From positions 32,001 to 96,000 of the forward strand of contig CAXHAT010000002.1 in NCBI GenBank assembly GCA_964014485.1: 64,000 nucleotides of DNA. The letters run 5' to 3'. The notes under the pieces were generated by a model. It worked only from the letters and a program-made list of their open reading frames with translations. It had not been told where the DNA came from and did not search any database. This DNA is from an uncultured Deferribacteres bacterium (GTDB lineage Bacteria; Zhuqueibacterota; Zhuqueibacteria; Zhuqueibacterales; Geothermadaptataceae). This document shows positions 1 to 8,777 of this stretch, one piece after another. Numbering within the stretch: position 1 is the stretch's first letter; each line of letters begins with the position of its first letter. Made by a program: the position numbers and the translations under genes.

Positions 1-1
1 T

Positions 2-3000
2 GGAAAAACCTTAAAGCTTCAATCCTCTGCTAAAAAGCGACTTTTCAACGATTCGACCGACCTTAAGACTGCGCTTGCTGACCTCATTAAACTCACGAGC
101 GCTAAAACGAGAATCGTCATCGTAATTGACGGTTTTGAGAATGCTTCATCCAAATTTGCTCGCGAACTGTTTGCTCAAATATCCAGAATTTTTTGTTCGC
201 TTCCCGCCGAGCCGGATTTGCGAAAAATTCAATTCATATTTTCAGGAAGTTTTTCAAGCGAGAACATTAGCCTGGAAGATGAAGGCTTCCTTCGAGAATC
301 TTCAACGACAATTGAGCTGAAAGACGTCGGTTTCAGCGAAAGCAACAGGATGCTGGAGAAGGTTTGCGCGCGGTACGATATCACGCTCGAACCGGGCTTT
401 ACACGATTGATTTATGAAGAAACCCAAGGCACGCCCTACCTGATTCAGAGAATATGCAGCGCCATCGTCGAAAACGCGCTATTGAGCCGTAAATCGCCGG
501 TTTTTGCAAAACAGGAAGCTGAGAAGGTTCTCTCAGAGTTTGTTAAAAACGGCGACGCTTTGCTCGAAAAAATTGTAAGAACTGTAGAACAAAGCCAATC
601 GCTGCTCAAGTCGTTGGTCAGATTTTTCTCGAACAGTGCTGTTAAGCAGTCACGATTGGACAGAGAATTAAGCCGGTTGCACGCCCTCGGCGCTCTCAGT
701 TTTAATAGCGGCGTTTTCAGGTTTCGAAACCCGCTGTTTGCAAGATTTTTTCAAGGGTATTTTACGACTGAGCGATTGACGAAAATTTATATTTCACATC
801 GCGACTTTTTGGCTGCAGGAAAAACTCAGGCCGCCTCTCAAGCTGCGCATCAAAATGCTGAAGACGCTCTGCAAAGCTTGCTGGCAAACGCCCAACGTTT
901 CGAAGAAATTTCGAACAGCTCTGGTTTGATCGAAAAGGTTTTGACCGTCTTTTTGAAGTCGATTGAAGGCGCGCATCATTGTGGATTATTCGTATTCGAT
1001 GAATTAAGCAAGAAAATTCATGTAAAGGACATGGTTGGCCCGGCGACAAAAGCGCTCAAAGGTTTCAGGGCTAGATTTGGAGAAGGGGTCACTGGAGCGG
1101 TGTTCCAAACCGGAAAAGCGCGGATCATTAAAGATGTAACGGATGAAATTGAAACGCCGGATTTCATCGTACGTCAGGAAGCTGAACGTTTGAACCTGGG
1201 AGCAATGGCCTCACTCCCTCTGGTTGCTCACGGTGAGGTTTTCGCCGTCGTCAATTTGTGTCTAAGCAAACCTTACGTCATCACGCCTAGTGATGAGAAA
1301 CTGTTGAAGACCATGGCGTACCAGGCAAGTCTTGTGCTTCAGAATTTTCCAGCCAGAATGAACGAAAATTCTCGGCGGCTTGAAATGCTTGAACAAGTTT
1401 TTGAAGCCGTCAACACTCACATTGATTCAGAAATCGCCTTCAATCACATCCTGACGGCTTTTGCTAAAATGCGGAATCAAAAAACGGTTTTTGTAGCATG
1501 GCAAGAGCAGAGTAACTTGGTGTGGCGTTTCAAATTTAATCTCGAGGAGGCTGACGTTTCTGCTTCATTGAGTTTGGGGATGAACTCAATCGACAGTCGC
1601 CCGTTAGGAAGCGCGGAAGCGTTGCTTGGCGCTGCCAAGAAAGTTTTGAAAGAAGGACGCCCAGGGTATAATGTTTCTGAATGGCGGTGGGTTCAGTTCG
1701 CTCAGGCCTGGCCGATTAAGTGCGATTCCGACAGGGTTGGTTATCTCGTCGCAGCTTCGCCTCGCAAACGAAAAACGTCTCGGTTTGAAGCCGGACTATT
1801 TGCATTGTTGGCCCAAATGTGCGCGGCTGTTATTTCCAAAAAACGAATCTACAACGTTGCGCGCAAAAAGACGGACCAGTTTGTGAGTCTTGCCGGGGTC
1901 GGTGAATTTATTAGCAAACAATTGAATGAGAAAGAATTGTTAGGACGCATTGCCCAGGCAGGATTAGATGCTATAGACGGGGTTAATAAGAGCGTTCAGG
2001 TCCTGCTCAAAGAGAACGAGAAAGAGCAGTTGGTCGTGAAGGCGGTTCAAGGGGGGAGCTCTTGTGCTCTAAAAGTCGATGACGTTGTGCCTTTTTCTGA
2101 TGATACGCCGTTAACGCGAGCACTACGAGAAAAAGAGCTTCAGCTTTCAAAGCCAAACAATCGAAAAGGAGCTACTGATAGAAAGGAGCAAGAAGACACT
2201 TCTGAATTTGCCGCGCCGATTGTTTTTCAAGAGGAGGTTTTGGGCGTTATTTCCGCCAAGAGCCGGGGACGAACCGACGCTCGCGAATTGAACAAGGAAT
2301 CTTTGCAAGCCTTGTCGCGAAATGCGGCAATCGCAATCAAGGTCGCGGATCTGTGCGGTAACCAGCTTCGTGAGCTTCAAGTTTTGTATGGAACGGGACA
2401 GAAAATCGTGGTGATGCGCAACATAGATCAGATTTTGAGAACGATCTGTCTCTCGGCGCTGCGAGCTTTTGGCAGTCACGAGCGTCTGGTTTCGATTTAT
2501 CTTCTTTATGAAGCGGACAATCGGATCGCCCGCAAGTTTAGTCGAGGATTCAAACGCAAATATAATGGCGATACGCAGGTCCGATTAGAGCAAAACGCGT
2601 TCTATGAGCTTGTTGTGAATAGACGCAAGCGCGTGTTTATTCCAGATATCAGCATCGGCCCCAAATTCCGGCCCAGCTCGCCGGACATAAAGTCCGCCTT
2701 GGTTGTGCCAATTTTGATAAATAGTCCGGCAAATGGATTCGTTGTCATGGAAAGCGAAATTGAGGATGACTTTGGCGACGCAGAATTTAGACTCCTGAAG
2801 GGATTGGCCGACCAGGCAGGCATTGCAATTGAAAATGCAATGCTAAAAAAAGAATTGGCCCAAACACAAACAGCGTTCGAGCTTGCGGCAATTGAAGAAG
2901 CGTTTGCCGAGATCGCGCACGACATTCGCAACGTTTCTACCATGATTAGCGGTGAAACGCAATGGCTTGTGAAAAACCAAAAGGACGGCGTTGTTAGTTT

Positions 3001-4009
3001 TGCGGAGGTAGAAGCCGCCGCCTTGAAAATTGAAGCGCAAGTCAAAAGAATCGAAACTTTGGCGAACCCCGCGGATCATATGCACAAGCTGCCGCCTGTG
3101 TTAAAGCCGGTAGATATTGGCGATTTGTTAAATGAAGCGATTGCGCTTGTTGAAACTTCTGCGCACGAAGATGGGATAAGAATCAGATTAATTCAGCGCG
3201 GTGTTAAAACAAAAATGCCTGCCGACGGCCATAGATTGGTTCGCGCCTTCTTCAATATTTTAAAAAATGCTGTGGATGCAAGCCCTCCGGGCGGGGCTAT
3301 TAAGATTTCCGTGATGCAAACGGAAAATGAGTTCGTTGTGCAATTCGTCGATTCCGGTAAAGGTATCGATGAAGAAATACAGCATAAAATCTTTACGCCG
3401 CTTTTCACAACAAAAACCACTGGTTCCGGTCTCGGACTTTCTTTGACCAGGCGCATTATTGAGCGTGATCACGGCGGAAGCCTGAGCGTTGAAAGCAACT
3501 TGGGCGCGGGGACGACGGTTTGCGTATCACTGCCAATCAAACCTCAAAAAAAACGAGAAGAGAAATTGATTGATCCGATCGTTTCTATGCCCGGTCAAAC
3601 TGATGTCGGCGGTTTAAAGGTGCAGCATAAACATATTCTTGTTGTCAACGATGAAACGGACTTGCTGCAAAGAATTCAACATACGCTGCAAGATTCCGGT
3701 TTTATGACGACGGGGATGGAGCGTGGCGCTGAAGCGGTGAAACTCTGCAAGAAAAAACGCTACGATCTTGTTTTGATGGATTTTGATCTCAAGAAAGACA
3801 CGAGTGAAAACAGGAACGCTTCGGACTTTCTTCCTGAAATCCGCAATTTGCTGCCCGAAACGCCTATAATTATCACTTCAGCTTCGGTGTCGAAGAATGA
3901 ATTGCCGCGAAAAAACTATAACAGCTTTTTGGAAATTAATTCGACCTTTTGGACTCAATTGAGTTGCATTGTGGACGATTTTCTGCATAATAGTGCGAAA
4001 GGAGCTTAA
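2..4009 (+). CDS. Large sensor histidine kinase: P-loop ATPase-like N-terminus + multiple GAF domains + HisKA/HATPase + C-terminal REC-like domain (5' truncated by window)
   Basis: The frame is open from position 2, upstream of the TTG at 218, and reads GKTLKLQ...RIVIVIDGFE (Walker-B-like). It also has GTPYLIQRI, repeated GAF segments, H-box EIAHDIRN, N/G boxes (NILKNAVDA, DSGKGI, GSGLGL) and a REC-like tail (LVVNDE..DLVLMD). Confidence 0.85.
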   Translation, partial: GKTLKLQSSAKKRLFNDSTDLKTALADLIKLTSAKTRIVIVIDGFENASSKFARELFAQISRIFCSLPAEPDLRKIQFIFSGSFSSENISLEDEGFLRESSTTIELKDVGFSESNRMLEKVCARYDITLEPGFTRLIYEETQGTPYLIQRICSAIVENALLSRKSPVFAKQEAEKVLSEFVKNGDALLEKIVRTVEQSQSLLKSLVRFFSNSAVKQSRLDRELSRLHALGALSFNSGVFRFRNPLFARFFQGYFTTERLTKIYISHRDFLAAGKTQAASQAAHQNAEDALQSLLANAQRFEEISNSSGLIEKVLTVFLKSIEGAHHCGLFVFDELSKKIHVKDMVGPATKALKGFRARFGEGVTGAVFQTGKARIIKDVTDEIETPDFIVRQEAERLNLGAMASLPLVAHGEVFAVVNLCLSKPYVITPSDEKLLKTMAYQASLVLQNFPARMNENSRRLEMLEQVFEAVNTHIDSEIAFNHILTAFAKMRNQKTVFVAWQEQSNLVWRFKFNLEEADVSASLSLGMNSIDSRPLGSAEALLGAAKKVLKEGRPGYNVSEWRWVQFAQAWPIKCDSDRVGYLVAASPRKRKTSRFEAGLFALLAQMCAAVISKKRIYNVARKKTDQFVSLAGVGEFISKQLNEKELLGRIAQAGLDAIDGVNKSVQVLLKENEKEQLVVKAVQGGSSCALKVDDVVPFSDDTPLTRALREKELQLSKPNNRKGATDRKEQEDTSEFAAPIVFQEEVLGVISAKSRGRTDARELNKESLQALSRNAAIAIKVADLCGNQLRELQVLYGTGQKIVVMRNIDQILRTICLSALRAFGSHERLVSIYLLYEADNRIARKFSRGFKRKYNGDTQVRLEQNAFYELVVNRRKRVFIPDISIGPKFRPSSPDIKSALVVPILINSPANGFVVMESEIEDDFGDAEFRLLKGLADQAGIAIENAMLKKELAQTQTAFELAAIEEAFAEIAHDIRNVSTMISGETQWLVKNQKDGVVSFAEVEAAALKIEAQVKRIETLANPADHMHKLPPVLKPVDIGDLLNEAIALVETSAHEDGIRIRLIQRGVKTKMPADGHRLVRAFFNILKNAVDASPPGGAIKISVMQTENEFVVQFVDSGKGIDEEIQHKIFTPLFTTKTTGSGLGLSLTRRIIERDHGGSLSVESNLGAGTTVCVSLPIKPQKKREEKLIDPIVSMPGQTDVGGLKVQHKHILVVNDETDLLQRIQHTLQDSGFMTTGMERGAEAVKLCKKKRYDLVLMDFDLKKDTSENRNASDFLPEIRNLLPETPIIITSASVSKNELPRKNYNSFLEINSTFWTQLSCIVDDFLHNSAKGA

Positions 4010-4060
4010 CTAAACCCAGCCGAGTGTTGGGAAAAGGGGTACAGGGGTAAGAGGGGCCGC

Positions 4061-5437
4061 ATGAGTTACTATAAATTGCTCATCGTTGACGATGAAGCCG
4101 GAATCAGGGAGCAGCTTCTTCGCTGGCTAAACAATGAGGGCTTTTCAGCCGAGCAAGCAGCCGCGGGACAGGAAGCGCTCAACCTGCTCAAGAAGCGAAA
4201 TTTCAATATCGTTTTGCTCGATTTGCGACTGCCGGACATGAGCGGATTTCGAATCCTTGAAGAAATCCGTAAAAGTTATCCGGATATTTGTACGATCGTT
4301 TTGACTGGTTACGGCAATGATGCGTCGCTTCAGGAAGCGCGGAAGGCGGGAGCTTTCGATTTTTTGACCAAGCCGTTTCAATTTTCCGATTTGGGGGGAA
4401 GGATTGACGCCGCCATGCGTCAATTCATGAAGCACAGAGAAGTTGAATCGCAAACGGAAGAGCAGCGACGTCATTTCCAATTTGAAAATATCATTGGCGA
4501 AAGCCCGGCTATGCAGCAGGTCTACGACAAAATAAAGACCGTTGCACCCACCGATGAAACAGTCCTCATTCTCGGAGAAAGCGGCACCGGCAAAGAGCTT
4601 GTCGCGGGAGCCATTCACTACAACAGCCGACGCAGGCAACATCGTCTGATCATGGAAAATTGCAGCGTCATTCAGGCGAATCTCGTTGAAAGCGAATTGT
4701 TCGGGCATGAGAAAGGCGCTTTTACCAGCGCCTCGGCAAGAAAGATCGGCAAATTTGAGTTGGCGCACGAGAAGAGTCTTTTTCTCGACGAAATCGGAGA
4801 ACTCTCACTCGCTTTACAAGTGAAGTTTTTACAGTTCTTGCAGTATAGGACTTTTGAAAGAGTGGGCGGCAACGAGCCCATTCAGGTTGATGTTCGCGTT
4901 ATCGCTGCAACCAACAAAGACTTGCCCGAGGCCGTGGAAAACAAAGAATTCCGCGAAGACCTTTTTTATCGTTTGGATCGATTTTCTATTCGCGTTCCTC
5001 CGCTCAGGGAAAGGGTTTCAGACATTCCGCTTTTAGTTAATCATTTTATCAAGAAGGCTAATAGGCGCAATAATCAAAACGTCGAGGGCGTTTCGGACAG
5101 CGCGCTAGACCTTTTGCAGAGCCATGATTATCCGGGAAACGTTCGAGAACTGGAAAATATTATCGTGCAAGCGATGCTCTACAACACAAAGCCGATCATA
5201 CAAGCGGATACAATTCGAAGCTGCATTCGGCCGAGCAAGGCGATGAACGGTAAAATGCACTTTCACGACATGGCTTATCGCGAAGCAAAGGAAATATTTG
5301 AGCGTGCCTATTTTGCGCAAATGCTTGAATTAACAAACGGCAACATTTCTCGCGGCGCGATCAAGGCTGGATTGGACAGGACGTGGTTTCGTAAAAAGCT
5401 GAAAGAACTGGGGCTTTGGACCGGGGGGGCTGATTGA
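4061..5437 (+). CDS. NtrC-family sigma54-dependent response regulator (REC + AAA+ + Fis-type HTH)
   Basis: REC motifs LIVDDE/LLDLRLPD, Walker A GESGTGKE, ESELFGHEKGAFTSA, FLDEIGE, FREDLFYRL, YPGNVRELEN and a C-terminal HTH. Confidence 0.95.
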   Translation: MSYYKLLIVDDEAGIREQLLRWLNNEGFSAEQAAAGQEALNLLKKRNFNIVLLDLRLPDMSGFRILEEIRKSYPDICTIVLTGYGNDASLQEARKAGAFDFLTKPFQFSDLGGRIDAAMRQFMKHREVESQTEEQRRHFQFENIIGESPAMQQVYDKIKTVAPTDETVLILGESGTGKELVAGAIHYNSRRRQHRLIMENCSVIQANLVESELFGHEKGAFTSASARKIGKFELAHEKSLFLDEIGELSLALQVKFLQFLQYRTFERVGGNEPIQVDVRVIAATNKDLPEAVENKEFREDLFYRLDRFSIRVPPLRERVSDIPLLVNHFIKKANRRNNQNVEGVSDSALDLLQSHDYPGNVRELENIIVQAMLYNTKPIIQADTIRSCIRPSKAMNGKMHFHDMAYREAKEIFERAYFAQMLELTNGNISRGAIKAGLDRTWFRKKLKELGLWTGGAD

Positions 5438-5448
5438 AGCTGAACTTG

Positions 5449-5478
5449 AGCGCGGCGACCATGCGCCGTCGCGCTTTT
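5449..5478 (+). terminator. Candidate intrinsic terminator between convergent genes
   Basis: Stem AGCGCGGCG / CGTCGCGCT followed by a short T run, just after the regulator stop codon. Confidence 0.4.
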
Positions 5479-5488
5479 GAAAAGGCGA

Positions 5489-6118
5489 TTAGCGTAAAGA
5501 ACGTGCCGTTTCTCCCCACGCGCCCTCAAATACGAAATCTTTAAGCGGTTTTCTCGTTCTCTTCTCTCGCTCCAAGTCTTGAATGTCTTTCGGTAAATCT
5601 TCAATTGAGCCAGGATAGCCAAGCGTCATCGCTGCGACCGGTTCACAATGATCCGGGATTTGGTATGCTCGCCGCGCCTTTTCTTCGTCGAAACCGGCCA
5701 TTTGATGAATAAACATTCCCAGTGCTACAGCTTGCAAGCTCATGCTGGCTGCGGCTTGCCCAACGTCATGCCAAGCGTGGCGATTGTGTTTGCCGTTACG
5801 GGCAAATTTTGTTGCCGCAACGCTTAACAAAAGAACGGGTGCATGTTTCGCCCAACTCTGATTCCAATCACCCAGGCAAAACAATAGCTTTTCAAAAGCC
5901 GACGGCTCTTCTTTTGTGGCAATGACAAAATGCCACGGTTGTTCGTTGAAACAAGAGGCGGGCCAGCGCGCCGCTTCCAGAACCGAAAGCAACTTTTCTC
6001 TTTCTACTGGTTTTTCGCTGTACGCCCTGGGGCTCCACCGCCTCTTGATTAAATCATGAACGGGGAAATCCGCGACAGCCGTTTTTGCGTGATTTAGGAT
6101 CAGCTTTTTCTCAGTCAA
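5489..6118 (-). CDS. Nitroreductase family protein
   Basis: Motifs IKRRWSPRAY, ARWPASCFNEQPWHF, HDVGQA, HQMAGFD and RTRKPL. The TTG start overlaps the end of the upstream CDGSH gene. Confidence 0.92.
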   Translation of the reverse strand: MTEKKLILNHAKTAVADFPVHDLIKRRWSPRAYSEKPVEREKLLSVLEAARWPASCFNEQPWHFVIATKEEPSAFEKLLFCLGDWNQSWAKHAPVLLLSVAATKFARNGKHNRHAWHDVGQAAASMSLQAVALGMFIHQMAGFDEEKARRAYQIPDHCEPVAAMTLGYPGSIEDLPKDIQDLEREKRTRKPLKDFVFEGAWGETARSLR

Positions 6119-6731
6119 ATTTTACCTTGTGGTGAGAGCCGTCGCAAAACGGCTTGTTTTGAGATTCTCCGCAACGACACAAAGTGAAACGTCGCACGCT
6201 TGGCGGCTGCAACTCGTGCTTGAGATGAACATCGCCAGTCACGCGATACGGGCCGCCTTTCTCAGCTTCAACGCTGGGGGCAGATTCAAAATTACGGTGT
6301 TGAACGTCATCGATTGAATAGCTCAGCGCGCCGGAAGGACAGCGCTTGACAAGCTCGACAACGCTGTCAACCGTGTCTCCGTCCGGGTTTACCCACGGAC
6401 GCGATTTTAGGGTGAAAACAGAAGCCAATTCTCGAACGCAATGACCGGCATGAGCGCAAATAACACGGTTGTCATGAACAATGACGTCCTTGCCGCGATA
6501 CGCCTTTTCTCTATCCATCGGTTTTTCACTGATTCTTTTTCCACTGAAGCCGCTTTTTGAATGCGATCCGTCGCAAAAAGGCTTGTCGGCGGATTTCCCG
6601 CACCGGCAAAGCGCCATGACATTTTTTTCAGAAACAGCTTCACCGTCCTTTGTTCGAACGCGGTGTAAACCGCGAACGATTAAAGGCCCGTTTTCCATCA
6701 CTTCGATTGTAGCTTCGTCTTTTAGCGCCAT
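6111..6731 (-). CDS. CDGSH iron-sulfur protein (CDGSH + divergent Fe-S ferredoxin-like domain + CDGSH)
   Basis: CRCGKSADKPFCDGSH and CRCGESQNKPFCDGSH flank CAHAGHC...CPSGAL. Confidence 0.92.
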   Translation of the reverse strand: MALKDEATIEVMENGPLIVRGLHRVRTKDGEAVSEKNVMALCRCGKSADKPFCDGSHSKSGFSGKRISEKPMDREKAYRGKDVIVHDNRVICAHAGHCVRELASVFTLKSRPWVNPDGDTVDSVVELVKRCPSGALSYSIDDVQHRNFESAPSVEAEKGGPYRVTGDVHLKHELQPPSVRRFTLCRCGESQNKPFCDGSHHKVKFD

Positions 6732-6825
6732 TTCTTGCCTCCATCGCGTCTATTCAAATTATTTTCTGATGTTACGCACCGCCGTTTGGCACGCGCGATT
6801 AAAGCCCGCAGACAACTTTTTAATT

Positions 6826-6956
6826 CTCATTAGCTCCGTTCTTCAGAGCGGAGATTTTTGAAGACGCCTCCCCATCCCTTCCGCCGCGCCAGTGCGGCGG
6901 AAGGGATGAAAATGAGCGCCTTGCATGTCACCGGGCTCAAGCCCGGTGCTAATGAA
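6826..6956 (+). repeat. REPIN-like palindromic element, copy 1
   Basis: CTCATTAG+hairpin CTCCGTTC-TTCA-GAGCGGAG; central hairpin CATCCCTTCCGCCGC/GCGGCGGAAGGGATG; hairpin CACCGGGC-TCAA-GCCCGGTG+CTAATGA. It is homologous to the reverse complement of 13058-13189. Confidence 0.85.
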
Positions 6957-7016
6957 ACCATGTTCAAGTCTGAGCAACAGGCGATGCATTGGCGCGCGTA
7001 ACATCAGTTATTTTGT

Positions 7017-7793
7017 TTAGGTAAAAAAAGGATAATCGACTTTCTGCGGCACGTCAATGATTACAAGACGCAGCTCATCCGTTCCTGCTTCAATGGTAAT
7101 TTCGGAATGATCATTTGCTTTTATTATTGTGAAATCTTTTGTCGCGAAAGGCGCTTCAGCCTCGCCTGACCAACTCCCGGAACCCGAAACGGCGACGGCC
7201 GCCAAGCTGTGACCCGCTTCCAGAGCGAGTTCATGCGTTTTTTCCGGCTGGATGCTGACGTCAATCATTTTGGCGTCAACAACCAATGAAATCGGCGAAT
7301 CACCGCCGAGAATGGTTTTGATTTCAACGCCTCCCGATGTGCTGTTACGCGGGAAATCTTCATCATTGAAATCCTTGTAAACCGGATCGCGTTGAATCGC
7401 TTCCCGCAAGTTCGGCTCGAACCAAATTTGAAAAAACTGGGTGCGTTCACCAAACATTTCTTCCTGATGATAGACGCCTGAGCCTGTTTGCATCACCTGA
7501 ACGCCGCCTGTTCCAACACGCATCCTGTTCTTGAGCGTATCGGAATGGCCGACTTCGCCTTCGAGAACATAGCTCATGATTTCAAATCCCTGATGCGGAT
7601 GCATTCCAATGACGCCGTCCCCGTTGGCTGAAGCCCAGGCCCAATAAAGTAGCGGGCCAATGCGTTTTGCGTCAGACAGGCCGCCGGGAAAATCGATCGG
7701 CTTGATTTCCGTGATTTTGCCGTTGTCAAATTGCCCTCGCCCTTGGCGAGCAGGCGGGAAAACTTCTATTGTGAAGCTCGATTCAACACTCAT
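7017..7793 (-). CDS. Pirin family (bicupin) protein
   Basis: Motifs MHPHQGFEIMSYV..HSD..VQVMQTGSGVYHQE..QIW. The start was moved to the ATG at 7793 (GAGGT RBS upstream) because the longer ORF overlaps modA. Confidence 0.88.
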   Translation of the reverse strand: MSVESSFTIEVFPPARQGRGQFDNGKITEIKPIDFPGGLSDAKRIGPLLYWAWASANGDGVIGMHPHQGFEIMSYVLEGEVGHSDTLKNRMRVGTGGVQVMQTGSGVYHQEEMFGERTQFFQIWFEPNLREAIQRDPVYKDFNDEDFPRNSTSGGVEIKTILGGDSPISLVVDAKMIDVSIQPEKTHELALEAGHSLAAVAVSGSGSWSGEAEAPFATKDFTIIKANDHSEITIEAGTDELRLVIIDVPQKVDYPFFT

Positions 7794-7875
7794 TCGTTTG
7801 ACCTCGTTCATTAGCTGAAAGTCTCTTATTCTTTGGGAACGTCTTACAAATATAAAGAGTTTTGGGCAAGAAAAC

Positions 7876-8628
7876 ATGATGAAACAATTCCTTGCTCTCT
7901 TGCTAATTCTAAACTTGGCCTGTTCCAGACCGCAGAAATCCGAGAATTCACTTTTTGTTTTTGCTGCGGCCAGTCTGACGAACGTATTGCCGGAAGCAGT
8001 CGATTCCATCAGACAGGAATTCCCGGAGCTTGAATTCAAGTTTAATTTTGCTGGTTCCTCAATACTTGCCAAGCAAATAGATCAAGGTGCGCCAGCCGAT
8101 ATTTTTATCTCTGCTGATCCTCTTTGGACGAATACGCTGCTTCAAAGCGGCGCTCTTGATTCAGCCGAAACACTTCCGTTCGTGAAGAACCGACTGGTAA
8201 TCGTCGTTCCCAAAAACAGCTCGACACGCGTCGAAGAAGTCGCAGATGCGGCTTCCCTGAAAATAAAATATGTTGCGATGGGCGATCCTGAGCATGTGCC
8301 TGCCGGCAGGTATGCTCGGCAAGCGCTGCAACATTCAGGAGTTTGGCAAGATTTAAAAGGACGAATTATTACAGCGCCGAATGTCCGGGCGGCTTTGGCG
8401 TTTGTCGAAACGGGTGAGACGGACCTTGGCTTGGTCTATCAGACGGACGCACTCGTGAGTGAACGCGTCAAAACAGCGTTTGTCATTCCGGAGCGTTTTC
8501 AGCCGGACATTTTGTACGTTGCATTGTTGACGAACGATCAGAATAAAAATGCACGCCGGTTTTTCAGGGCGCTGCTTTCTCAAGAAGCAAAGGCGGTTTT
8601 TGAGAAGCACGGTTTTCAAACGTTTTGA
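7876..8628 (+). CDS. modA: Molybdate ABC transporter substrate-binding lipoprotein
   Basis: Lipobox-like LAC, then VFAAASL, FAGSSILAKQIDQGAPADIFISA, DPEHVPAGRYA, NVRAALAFVETGE and GLVYQTDA. Confidence 0.92.
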   Translation: MMKQFLALLLILNLACSRPQKSENSLFVFAAASLTNVLPEAVDSIRQEFPELEFKFNFAGSSILAKQIDQGAPADIFISADPLWTNTLLQSGALDSAETLPFVKNRLVIVVPKNSSTRVEEVADAASLKIKYVAMGDPEHVPAGRYARQALQHSGVWQDLKGRIITAPNVRAALAFVETGETDLGLVYQTDALVSERVKTAFVIPERFQPDILYVALLTNDQNKNARRFFRALLSQEAKAVFEKHGFQTF

Positions 8629-8777
8629 GAAAGTAAGTGCGACTTCAGCGCTCTACGAAAGACGCTCCCTGCGTGTGACGACGATGAACCGTCGCACTCC
8701 GAGATGGTTGCTCTGAAAGGTTTGTAAAAACTGTGAGCAAATGTTGTGTTGCACGACTATTCGCCGGAATAGATTCG

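Noticed and set aside
7794..8072. N-terminal extensions given in the ORF track for pirin (also ftsK, ispG, kinase, upxY, GNAT and the 18303 kinase)
   Set aside because: They overlap neighbouring genes or lack an RBS; downstream ATGs, mostly with an SD or coupled to the upstream stop, fit family starts better.
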